Of a DNA stretch of 64,000 nucleotides, positions 51,734 through 60,311 are shown in pieces. The DNA comes from Bdellovibrionota bacterium (GTDB taxonomy: Bacteria; Bdellovibrionota; UBA1018; CAIPTA01; JAALKR01), in contig CBDBMJ010000001.1 in NCBI GenBank assembly GCA_965207455.1, forward strand, positions 640,001 to 704,000, given 5' to 3'. The notes beneath the pieces were generated by a model, which was not told the origin of the DNA, searched no databases, and saw nothing but the letters and a program-made list of their open reading frames with translations. The position numbers and the translations under genes were made by a program. Every line of letters starts with the position of its first letter. Position 1 is the stretch's first letter.

Positions 51734-52104
51734 AGGATTTCCTCCACATTTATGGGTTGAGAAATAATGTTGCAAACAATATTTTCACTTATTTCAAGGA
51801 GTTTTTTGCTGGATTCTTTGGAGAGAAAAGCTGTGGCATCTTGATGGTAATAAAATTCCAGATTTCCTTTTGTAAAGTTTAGCTCATAGAAGTTATTCGG
51901 TTGGAGAACCTGAGGACAGGGAAGAATATCAATGGATATGTACTGCCATTCCAATAGTTCCACAAGATGGAGATTTTTCTCATTCTCCTCTTCTAAAAAA
52001 GAAAAAAACAATAGAGAAATGGCTAAGCAACTTAGAAGAATAATAACTAGAGTGGGCCAATTCTTCTTTGCTCCTTTTTTAAGGTCTATATTTTTTAATA
52101 GCAT
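51730..52104 (-). CDS. Hypothetical membrane-anchored protein
   Basis: N-terminal TM; in operon with the Flp/Tad pilin genes. Confidence 0.6.
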   Translation of the reverse strand: MLLKNIDLKKGAKKNWPTLVIILLSCLAISLLFFSFLEEENEKNLHLVELLEWQYISIDILPCPQVLQPNNFYELNFTKGNLEFYYHQDATAFLSKESSKKLLEISENIVCNIISQPINVEEIL

Positions 52105-52249
52105 GATTGCGATGCCTTTCTATTTTTTCTTGTCTATTTTTTAAATAATAGTGAGCCCTCCACTGTGCGAATAGCAGAGAGGAAAAAAGAGAAATAATAA
52201 GAATTGTTTCTATGAGAAGAGCGCCTTGTTGTTTACTACGGGTATTCAT
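52079..52249 (-). CDS. 56-aa pilin-like protein (absent from the ORF track)
   Basis: MNTRSKQQG|ALLIETILIISLFSSLLF, a class III signal with E at +5; overlaps both neighbours. Confidence 0.7.
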   Translation of the reverse strand: MNTRSKQQGALLIETILIISLFSSLLFAQWRAHYYLKNRQEKIERHRNHAIKKYRP

Positions 52250-52850
52250 AATTCATCCTTTGATTCATGAGTCGGGGAGCTAGGGAATAGCTAAGGGATC
52301 TGGATGATTTGAGTGTTTTACAACTGATTTGATGCTTTATAAAATCAGATTTTGGCGCGAGAGTTCCAGGTACGTCGGAATATAGAGTAGCCGCTCGTTG
52401 GAATTTATTCCTCTGGAAGAACTTCCAAAAGCATAGGGCTATTTCTTTAGAATAGGGCGTGGACTCACAGTATCGCAAGGGAATGATTTTTAGAGAGCCT
52501 AGAGCAAGTAGGGTATCCTGTATTTTCTCAATAGCCTTTAGAGCAAGTAGGGCAGCCTTTTGAGTCAATACACCCGACAGGGGATTTATATACTGAACAC
52601 CACGAGCGATATAAACTACTTTTTGTAGGGGTGGCATGGTTTTATTGAGTCGCATGAGGCGCTGTAGGAGAATATGGTGTTCTCGCAGTATTCTCATTGT
52701 ACAGATTTCCAATCGATACTGGAGGGCGATTTGGTTCTGCCCTAAATAGGTTAGGGTGAGAATTCCCAGAGCAGTGCCAAGGAGTACTAGCAACATGGGA
52801 AGGGTTGCTATGAACAGAAAGCCATTATTTTTCAAGAGAAAGAACTCCAT
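52236..52850 (-). CDS. Tad-associated pseudopilin-like protein
   Basis: KNNG|FLFIATLPMLLVLLG hydrophobic N-terminus; operon context. Start uncertain. Confidence 0.55.
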   Translation of the reverse strand: MEFFLLKNNGFLFIATLPMLLVLLGTALGILTLTYLGQNQIALQYRLEICTMRILREHHILLQRLMRLNKTMPPLQKVVYIARGVQYINPLSGVLTQKAALLALKAIEKIQDTLLALGSLKIIPLRYCESTPYSKEIALCFWKFFQRNKFQRAATLYSDVPGTLAPKSDFIKHQISCKTLKSSRSLSYSLAPRLMNQRMNYEYP

Positions 52851-53115
52851 GGGAATACCAAAACTTTCCTTGAAATTTTGTGCTGCTGGATTGGAACCGG
52901 ATTTTTGGGCAATGATGGAGGGGATCGGCAGCACATAACTGTAAAAAAGCCCCCTGCTGTTTATGAATATTGGCTAGGGCAAATTGAGCCAAGAGATATT
53001 GACTCCAGTGGTATTTTCCCATATACCATTCCATTTTAAAGCACAGCATTAACATGGCAAAGAAAAGGGGAAGCACAAGAAGGGCCTCCACCATCACAGT
53101 TCCTCGAGAGGTCAC
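52825..53115 (-). CDS. TadE-like pseudopilin
   Basis: RG|TVMVEALLVLPLFF motif. Confidence 0.75.
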   Translation of the reverse strand: MTSRGTVMVEALLVLPLFFAMLMLCFKMEWYMGKYHWSQYLLAQFALANIHKQQGAFLQLCAADPLHHCPKIRFQSSSTKFQGKFWYSHGVLSLEK

Positions 53116-53297
53116 TTTGGACTCAGTCGAATAGGAATGCCAGAATCCAGCTTTGTCTGCACTTCTTTGAGCTTGTAGTTTATTTTTTTACCCAGTTGCT
53201 TGGCTGCTGTTACGGAAACCAAGGCAATTAAGGCCACTAAAATTACATATTCCACAAGACTTTGTCCCTTATTATTGTTTTTTACTCGGCTCATCAT
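53112..53297 (-). CDS. flp: Flp family type IVc pilin
   Basis: KG|QSLVEYVILVALIAL Flp motif; GGAGG RBS. Confidence 0.9.
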   Translation of the reverse strand: MMSRVKNNNKGQSLVEYVILVALIALVSVTAAKQLGKKINYKLKEVQTKLDSGIPIRLSPK

Positions 53298-53351
53298 AGT
53301 ATTTTCCCTCCAATTTATGTTAAAAATAACCCATAGGGTTTAGAGGGATAA

Positions 53352-53367
53352 AGCAAGGACCATGCCA
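53352..53367 (-). promoter_or_regulatory. Sigma54 (-24/-12) promoter of the flp operon
   Basis: TGGCAT-N5-TTGCT, about 55 bp upstream of the flp ATG. Confidence 0.75.
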
Positions 53368-53470
53368 CCTGTAAGGCTGTTCTTGTGAAGAAAAGCCGAT
53401 CTATTCCAAAAATTGGTTTATTTTTTAAACCACTGGTATAAAAATTTAGCCGTAGTGGCAAGGAGGTTTC

Positions 53471-54223
53471 ATGGCAAAAAAGCCATCACTGTATATAGTC
53501 GAACGAAAAGAAGTCATTCTTTTAATCATACTCTTCATCCTAGTAACCGTGCTTTCCTTTACTGTGGGCGTGAAATATGGAGAATCCTTTGCCGGGAAAG
53601 GAGCATTAGAAAAAGCAAACTTTAAGAAAAAACTGCTAGGCGCTACGGGTTCTGGTGGCCATCTGGGAGAAGTGGTTTCCACAGTGAAGAGTTTGATGGG
53701 AAATGATGATGCTCAAAACCTCGCTGGGGAAAACAAAACTGGATCAGTGGGGCAGGCGAGAAAGAACGAAACCAAGAAAACAGCCAATAAAAAAACAAAT
53801 GAGTCGGCAAAAACTTTATTTGCCTCTGGACTAAAAAAGGGAAGGAAACAACCCAAGGCCACCCTTACCTCTACTTCCGACGAGTATCTTTTAGAGGCGT
53901 TGAAGAAAGCAGGGATGGAGTCTACTTCCACCAAAAGAAAAAAACTTCCATTGAAAATAAAAGGAAGGAGTGGCGTTCGTTATGTGATACAGGTGGGAAG
54001 CTTTCCATCAGAGAAAGATGCCACAAGATATATTCGTCAATTGAGAACAAAATCTAAAAAATTAGACTTTTTCATTTTAGATCCAACAGGCTCCTCTAAA
54101 GATCAACCCTGGTTTCGTGTGGCCACAGGAAAATTTTCAAGGTATAAGCTGGCCGAAAAAAGAGGCAAAGAGTATAAGAAAAAAGGGTTCATTAAAAATT
54201 ATTTCGTGAGAAAGATATATTGA
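53471..54223 (+). CDS. SPOR domain-containing membrane protein
   Basis: N-terminal TM, Lys-rich linker, C-terminal YVIQVGSF...WFRV. Confidence 0.85.
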   Translation: MAKKPSLYIVERKEVILLIILFILVTVLSFTVGVKYGESFAGKGALEKANFKKKLLGATGSGGHLGEVVSTVKSLMGNDDAQNLAGENKTGSVGQARKNETKKTANKKTNESAKTLFASGLKKGRKQPKATLTSTSDEYLLEALKKAGMESTSTKRKKLPLKIKGRSGVRYVIQVGSFPSEKDATRYIRQLRTKSKKLDFFILDPTGSSKDQPWFRVATGKFSRYKLAEKRGKEYKKKGFIKNYFVRKIY

Positions 54224-54603
54224 TGGATAGTTCTTTTACGAGAGTGGAAAAACCCTGGGGAGAAGAAAGGATTTTTGCCGTAACGAAAGATTATGTGGGA
54301 AAAGTACTTATTATCAATGAGGGACACCAACTCTCTTTGCAATACCATAAAATAAAAGAAGAAACTATTTATGTACAATCTGGAGAATTAGAACTTCTGT
54401 TAGAGGACGATAATGGTGAGGTTCAAACCTATCGTATGAGTCCTGGTCAGAGTGCCCACATTGCTCCTCAGAAAAAACACCGTATGCGAGCCATCTCCAA
54501 TTGTTCTGTTTTTGAAGTGAGTACCCCTCACCTAGAAGATGTTGTTCGTCTTGACGATTCATACGGACGCACTGACGGAGAAAAACAGAGTGTTCATAGA
54601 TGA
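54220..54603 (+). CDS. Cupin protein (mannose-6-phosphate isomerase type II-like)
   Basis: KPWG, LSLQYH..KEET and EVSTP.LEDVVRL.D.YGR motifs. Confidence 0.85.
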   Translation: MMDSSFTRVEKPWGEERIFAVTKDYVGKVLIINEGHQLSLQYHKIKEETIYVQSGELELLLEDDNGEVQTYRMSPGQSAHIAPQKKHRMRAISNCSVFEVSTPHLEDVVRLDDSYGRTDGEKQSVHR

Positions 54604-55667
54604 GTGAACCATGGTTATTTATTATGGCTGGAGGATCGGGCACTCGATTCTGGCCCCGTAGTCGTAAAAAATTACCCAAACAACTATTAAAAGTCGGAGG
54701 AAAGACCTTACTATCTAGCACCATAGAGCGCTTGAGTTCCCTTGTTCCCCAAGAGAGAGTGATTATTATTTGTACCGAAGAGTTGGAAGATCCTACGCGT
54801 AAAGAAATAGGTTCCTTTCAAGGCACTATTCTTTGTGAGCCTCAGAAAAAAAATACGGCACCTTGTTTGATGATGGCAATGGAATGGCTGCGTTGTAAAG
54901 ATCCAAACGCAACCGCAATCATTGTTCCCACCGACCATTGGATAACAGACATTCCCACCTATCTTAAGACCCTAACTTTTGGCGTTGATTTTGTGAAAAA
55001 AAATAACCAACTCCTAACCATAGGAATCGCCCCCACTCGAGCAGAAACAGGCTATGGTTATATTCGCTGTGGAAAAACTGTGGATGGTGGTCCGGTTTGC
55101 TTTGTAGACCGTTTTTTAGAAAAACCATCCATGGAGGTAGCGGAAACTATTATTCAAGATACTTCGTATTTCTGGAATGCCGGTATTTTCATTTGGTCCG
55201 TTTCCACATTCTTCCAAGAGATTGAAAAGGTGGCCTTAGACTTACAAGAAGTTTTTCGTGACTATAAGCCAGGTGAAAACACCAATGAAGATAAAAAAAT
55301 CCTTGAAGATATTTATCAAAAAACTCCAAATATTAGTATCGATTTTGCTTTGATGGAAAAAAGTAAAAATGTGGCTGTGCTCCCAGCTAACTTTGACTGG
55401 AATGATTTAGGAAGTTTCCAATCTCTCTATGAACTGTACCCAGAAACTGAGGGAGGCGTGGGCTATGCAAAACGAATTATGGCAATAGACTCCACATCGA
55501 ATTTAATCGACTGTCCAGGAAAGACAGTGGCTCTTCTAGGAGCTACAAATATGATGATAGTGGATACGGGCGACGTATTATTAGTTGCAGCAAAAGAACA
55601 ATCCCAATTGGTGCAAAAATTTGTGGCACGAATCCAAGAGGAAGGCGACCTAGAAAATCTTTTATAG
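54600..55667 (+). CDS. manC: Mannose-1-phosphate guanylyltransferase
   Basis: IMAGGSGTRFWPRSR..PKQ, TGYGYI, FLEKP, WNAGIF and WNDLGS motifs. Confidence 0.93.
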   Translation: MSEPWLFIMAGGSGTRFWPRSRKKLPKQLLKVGGKTLLSSTIERLSSLVPQERVIIICTEELEDPTRKEIGSFQGTILCEPQKKNTAPCLMMAMEWLRCKDPNATAIIVPTDHWITDIPTYLKTLTFGVDFVKKNNQLLTIGIAPTRAETGYGYIRCGKTVDGGPVCFVDRFLEKPSMEVAETIIQDTSYFWNAGIFIWSVSTFFQEIEKVALDLQEVFRDYKPGENTNEDKKILEDIYQKTPNISIDFALMEKSKNVAVLPANFDWNDLGSFQSLYELYPETEGGVGYAKRIMAIDSTSNLIDCPGKTVALLGATNMMIVDTGDVLLVAAKEQSQLVQKFVARIQEEGDLENLL

Positions 55668-55774
55668 GTATATTTTTTTATAAGTTTTTATAAAAAAACA
55701 ATATTTTCCCCAATAAATGAATTTACCGGTTATAATATTTTTAGAACAACAAATACTCAAGGAGGGTTATTTCA

Positions 55775-57910
55775 ATGGTGAAAAGAATTTCAAGGAAAAC
55801 GGTACTGTTAGTCAATATACTTCTTATATGTTTGATAGGTGTGGCAGGTGTGGCAGGTGTGGCAGGTATAGCGGGAGCACAACATCCCATCCTTTTAAAA
55901 GCAAAAGGCTCCTTAAATAAAATCGAAAATAAAACCCAAAAATTAGAGGAAAAGACTGGCACTGGACTGTATCTCGTTCAATGGAAAGGAAACGTCTACG
56001 AAAAAGAAAAAATAGCTCTTCGTAACATGGGAGTAAAATTTTACGGCTATATTCCGAATAATGCTTTCTTGGTGAGTATGGATGCCAGTCACCTTTCCCT
56101 AGTTCAAAGTAAAACTTTTGTGGATAGGGTATTGTCCTACACGAGTAATATGAAATTAGCAAGTGACCTTTCTAACATGAGTATTCTCTCTCTTCCCCAA
56201 GAGATTATAGTTGTTGTACAAATAACAGCCCAAGCAAATCTCACAGCTCTGCAAGCCTACTTTGGAAGCAGATTACAAAAAATATCTCGGGATTTATATA
56301 TGGGCAAAATCCATTTTAGTATCATTGATAGGCTCGTACAAAGAGAGGATGTGCTTTGGGTAGAAAAATACGATCCCATACAATTAGCATATATAGGGGA
56401 TTTATTGGATGATCCTCCAGTGGTAATACCCACTGATCCAACGTATACGGGCTACGAGAGTGGCACAAAAGTTATGAATGCAGAGGTTGTTTGGGAGGCT
56501 GGCTATACTGGAGAGGGAGAACGTATTGCTGTTGCGGATACGGGTGTAGATACGGGAAATATAGACACTATTATTCCAGACCTTCAAAACCAAATTTATA
56601 GCGGTCATGCAATGGGTCTTGGTGGTACCTCTTGGGAAGATCCCCATTCCCACGGCACGCACACAGCGGGTTCCATTATAGGAAATGGTTCCAGTTCCAA
56701 TGGTCAGATTCAAGGAGCTGCTTTTGGTGGACAATTAGTGGCTCAAGGAATGTGGAGTCCATTGATGGGTGGAATGTTTCCAGTTTCAGTGGATAAACTG
56801 TTTGGTGTGGCTTATACGGATGGGGCAAGAATACACTCCAACTCCTGGGGGATGCCATTAAGTGGGGAGTATAATACACTTGCTCGGGCTGTGGATGCCT
56901 TTTCATTTCAGCACCTAGACTTTCTTGCTGTTTTTGCAGCAGGGAACTCGGGAGAAGACATGGATAGGGATGGAGTGATCGACACCAATTCAGTCATTAC
57001 TCCTGGAACAGCTAAAAATGTGATGACCGTGGGAGCTTCCAAAAACTTTCTTCTCAAGGGAGGAATCCAAAGAAAAATGAAAAATCTTCGCCAAGGAAAA
57101 GAGAAGTGGGGAGTGGAACCTCTGGCTAGCTCCAGACTTTCAGATTCTGGCGCAGGTATGGCTGCCTTTTCCAGTCGTGGTCCCACAAATGATGGTCGCA
57201 TTAAGCCCGATATTGTGGCTCCAGGAACAAATATCGTTTCTTCCCGATCTACCCATACAGATGCTGATCTAGGCTGGGGACCCTTCTCCGAACACTATCT
57301 TTATATGGGGGGAACCTCCATGTCTACACCACTCGTTAGTGGCGCGTTAGGTGTTTTACGAGAAATACTAAGAAAAAAACATGGGATAGAGAACGTTTCC
57401 GCAGCACTATTGAAGGCTGCAATGATCAATGGAGCCCATGATTTATATCCAGGTCAATTTGGATTCCGGGAAAAAGGCCAGGAACAACCAACTGCTCGAC
57501 CCAATAATCACCAAGGGTGGGGTAGGGTCGATATGGCGTCCTTTTTAGGAAATATGATAGTGCTACCTACCCAAGGCTTAGGCACTGGAGAAGAGCAGAA
57601 ATTCACCATCACTGTTCCTAGCGAGGCAAGGGCCTTAAAAGTTACTATGGTGTATACGGATGCCCCTGGAACCCTCACAGCTCAAAAGGCTCTGGTCAAT
57701 GATTTAGATATGGTGGTGGAGGCTACATCAGGGGCTAAACACTACCCCAATCGTCTCTTTACTGCGGATAGGCTCAATAATGTGGAAAATATTGATATTT
57801 TTCAGCTAGAAAAAGGTGAGTATACTGTTACAGTAAAGGGGTTCAACGTGCCTCAAGGAATAAATGGAAAGCAACCATACGCGCTTGTATATTTATTGTC
57901 GGAAAAATGA
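55775..57910 (+). CDS. Secreted S8 (subtilisin, KP-43-like) serine peptidase
   Basis: Catalytic triad motifs ADTG, HGTH, GTSMS; FAAGN; KPDIVAPG; C-terminal LVNDLD/NNVE domain. Confidence 0.92.
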   Translation: MVKRISRKTVLLVNILLICLIGVAGVAGVAGIAGAQHPILLKAKGSLNKIENKTQKLEEKTGTGLYLVQWKGNVYEKEKIALRNMGVKFYGYIPNNAFLVSMDASHLSLVQSKTFVDRVLSYTSNMKLASDLSNMSILSLPQEIIVVVQITAQANLTALQAYFGSRLQKISRDLYMGKIHFSIIDRLVQREDVLWVEKYDPIQLAYIGDLLDDPPVVIPTDPTYTGYESGTKVMNAEVVWEAGYTGEGERIAVADTGVDTGNIDTIIPDLQNQIYSGHAMGLGGTSWEDPHSHGTHTAGSIIGNGSSSNGQIQGAAFGGQLVAQGMWSPLMGGMFPVSVDKLFGVAYTDGARIHSNSWGMPLSGEYNTLARAVDAFSFQHLDFLAVFAAGNSGEDMDRDGVIDTNSVITPGTAKNVMTVGASKNFLLKGGIQRKMKNLRQGKEKWGVEPLASSRLSDSGAGMAAFSSRGPTNDGRIKPDIVAPGTNIVSSRSTHTDADLGWGPFSEHYLYMGGTSMSTPLVSGALGVLREILRKKHGIENVSAALLKAAMINGAHDLYPGQFGFREKGQEQPTARPNNHQGWGRVDMASFLGNMIVLPTQGLGTGEEQKFTITVPSEARALKVTMVYTDAPGTLTAQKALVNDLDMVVEATSGAKHYPNRLFTADRLNNVENIDIFQLEKGEYTVTVKGFNVPQGINGKQPYALVYLLSEK

Positions 57911-57920
57911 GGAAGTCCAT

Positions 57921-57949
57921 TTGACGAAACCACAAAGGGCTGTTAGTTT
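57921..57949 (+). promoter_or_regulatory. Putative sigma70 promoter of the infC operon
   Basis: TTGACG-N17-TAGTTT. Confidence 0.5.
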
Positions 57950-57997
57950 TATCTCCATATAAATTAATTGGTTAAACAGCGATAAAGGAGAATTTTT

Positions 57998-58663
57998 CTG
58001 AGGCATTTTGGGAATAGAGACAGGCGAGGTCCTAGTAATCGGACTCGTCTAAACGAACGCATCCGGGTTTCTGAGGTGCGAGTAATTGATGAAGAGGGCA
58101 ATCAGCTAGGCGTTCTATCCACTAGAGATGCATTGAACATGGCAAAGGATCGAGGATTAGACCTCGTGGAAGTGTCGCCAGAGTCTAAACCCCCTGTGTG
58201 CAAAATATTGGACTACGGAAAAGTCAAATATGTGAAGAAGAAAAGGGAGCAAGAGAATAAGAAAAAACAGACCATATATTCCATCAAAGAGATTCAACTA
58301 CGACCCAGAATTGAAAAACATGATTTTGAGGTGAAATTTCAACGTATAGAAAACTTTTTACTCCGTGGAGATAAGGTGAAAGTGGTTCTTTTGTTCCGAG
58401 GCAGGGAGATGAGCTATGCAAAAAAACAGGGGACAGAGCTACTGGATCGTGTTATAGACCTAGTAAAAGAGTATGCGGCAGCAGAGTCCACTCCAAAGCT
58501 AGAGGGGCGTAGAATGATAATGATGCTTGGACCCACAAAGGGAGCCAAGAAAAAGAGAGAGGCTATCGAGAGAGCAAAAGAGGCAAAAACAGTAGCCGAA
58601 CAGGTGAAAACAGTAGCCGAACAGGGAGAGGGATCCAAGAATGAAGAAAACAAAACAGCGTAA
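57998..58663 (+). CDS. infC: Translation initiation factor IF-3 (probable CTG start)
   Basis: LDLVEVSP...[11 protein letters not shown] and FRGRE motifs. The frame is open upstream of GTG 58076 through RLNERIR to CTG 57998, 7 nt after AAGGAG. Confidence 0.93.
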   Translation: MRHFGNRDRRGPSNRTRLNERIRVSEVRVIDEEGNQLGVLSTRDALNMAKDRGLDLVEVSPESKPPVCKILDYGKVKYVKKKREQENKKKQTIYSIKEIQLRPRIEKHDFEVKFQRIENFLLRGDKVKVVLLFRGREMSYAKKQGTELLDRVIDLVKEYAAAESTPKLEGRRMIMMLGPTKGAKKKREAIERAKEAKTVAEQVKTVAEQGEGSKNEENKTA

Positions 58664-58865
58664 TAAGCTGAAAACAAAGCGTGCAGCAGCCAAGCGTTTT
58701 AAAATTACTGGTACGGGAAAGGTGAAATTCTCTCGTGCAGGTGTTCGACACCTATTGACTGGAGACTCCCGAAAGGGTAAACGAAATTTGCGAGGTACAG
58801 GGGTTGCAAATCCCTCCGACCAGAAGGGCATACATGTACTTTTGCCCTACGGTAGTGGCTATTAA
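58641..58865 (+). CDS. rpmI: 50S ribosomal protein L35
   Basis: [19 protein letters not shown]...LLPY. Confidence 0.93.
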   Translation: MKKTKQRNKLKTKRAAAKRFKITGTGKVKFSRAGVRHLLTGDSRKGKRNLRGTGVANPSDQKGIHVLLPYGSGY

Positions 58866-58882
58866 AAGAAAGGAAATTATTT

Positions 58883-59239
58883 ATGTCTAGAGTAAAACGG
58901 GGAACAAAAGCAAGGAAACGGAGAAATCGAGTTTTAAAGCAAACCAAGGGGTTTGTGCTTGGTCGTAAAAATAAATTTCGTAGAGCCTTAGAAACCCTAC
59001 AAAGAGCAATGGCATTTGCATTCCGGGATCGACGGGTAAGAAAACGAGACTTTAGAGGCTTATGGATACAGCGCCTGTCCGCTGCGGCTAAAATTAATAA
59101 TCTAAACTATAGCAAAATGATGTACGCCCTAAAGCAAGCAAATATTCAGTTAAACCGAAAAATGCTTTCAGAAATTGCCATAAGCGACCCAGTAGCATTT
59201 ACAGCTATTGTTAAAAAATCTATTCCAGCTAAGAAATAA
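58883..59239 (+). CDS. rplT: 50S ribosomal protein L20
   Basis: MSRVKRG, RDRR.RKRDFR.LWI and LNRKMLSEIA motifs. Confidence 0.96.
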   Translation: MSRVKRGTKARKRRNRVLKQTKGFVLGRKNKFRRALETLQRAMAFAFRDRRVRKRDFRGLWIQRLSAAAKINNLNYSKMMYALKQANIQLNRKMLSEIAISDPVAFTAIVKKSIPAKK

Positions 59240-59285
59240 TTTATTCTCTAAGCAGGCGGGAGCATAATAGCGGGGACATAAAGCG

Positions 59286-60311
59286 GTGAAGGCTCTATTA
59301 GAAAAACTTCAAAAATTGGAATCTAGCGCACTCTCTAATATTCTCTCCACTGAAACTGGAGAAGCACTCCAACAACTACGCATAGAATACCTGGGAAAGA
59401 AGAGTTCTCTGAGCGACGTACTCAAAAACTTAAAAAACCTAGACGCAAAAGATAAGGCCGTTATTGGTGAGCAAGCAAATTTTTTACGTAATAAACTCCT
59501 AGACGCTTTTCAAACCTCCACAAATAAAATACAAGCACGTATAGTGGAGAAAAAAATAGAGACCGACAGGGTAGATATAACCCTACCCGGTTATAGGCGA
59601 AAGCTAGGATCCATACACCCCTTAATAAAAGTAAGAAAACGTATCTTGGATATTTTCCTCGGTATTGGCTTCGCTCTTGTGGACGGTCCAGAAGTGGACA
59701 CTGAGTTTTGTAACTTTGAAGCCCTAAATGTACCCGCTGATCACCCAGCCCGGGATATGCAAAATACTCTTTATGTGGAACCCGGGCTTGTACTGCGCAC
59801 ACAAACCTCCACAGTACAGATTCGCACTATGCTGGATCAAGCTCCCCCCATTAAAATTGTAGCTCCAGGGGCAGTTTATCGGAATGAAACAGTGGACGCC
59901 ACCCACTCCTGTATGTTCCATCAGGTGGAGGGTTTATATATCGACGAAAATGTAACCATGGAGGATTTAAAAGGCACGTTGGAGTACTTTGCCCAAGAGT
60001 TCCTGGGGGCTAAAATCCGTTTGCGATCCAGTTTTTTTCCCTTCACAGAACCTAGTGTGGAAGTGGACTTCACCTGTATTTTTTGTAAAGGAAATGGTTG
60101 CCGTATTTGTCAGCAAACAGGCTGGATAGAAGTATTGGGAGCAGGAATGGTGCACCCCTCTTTGTATGAAAAAGTGGGGTATCCTAAAGACAAATATAGC
60201 GGTTTTGCATTTGGTATCGGCATTGAAAGACTGGCCATGCTTTTATTTGGTATTGATGATATTCGTCTTTTTTACACGAACGACCTACGATTTTTGGAGC
60301 AATATATTTAA
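59286..60311 (+). CDS. pheS: Phenylalanine--tRNA ligase alpha subunit
   Basis: HPARDMQ, FHQVEG, FPFTEPS and GFAFGIGIER motifs. Confidence 0.96.
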   Translation: MKALLEKLQKLESSALSNILSTETGEALQQLRIEYLGKKSSLSDVLKNLKNLDAKDKAVIGEQANFLRNKLLDAFQTSTNKIQARIVEKKIETDRVDITLPGYRRKLGSIHPLIKVRKRILDIFLGIGFALVDGPEVDTEFCNFEALNVPADHPARDMQNTLYVEPGLVLRTQTSTVQIRTMLDQAPPIKIVAPGAVYRNETVDATHSCMFHQVEGLYIDENVTMEDLKGTLEYFAQEFLGAKIRLRSSFFPFTEPSVEVDFTCIFCKGNGCRICQQTGWIEVLGAGMVHPSLYEKVGYPKDKYSGFAFGIGIERLAMLLFGIDDIRLFYTNDLRFLEQYI

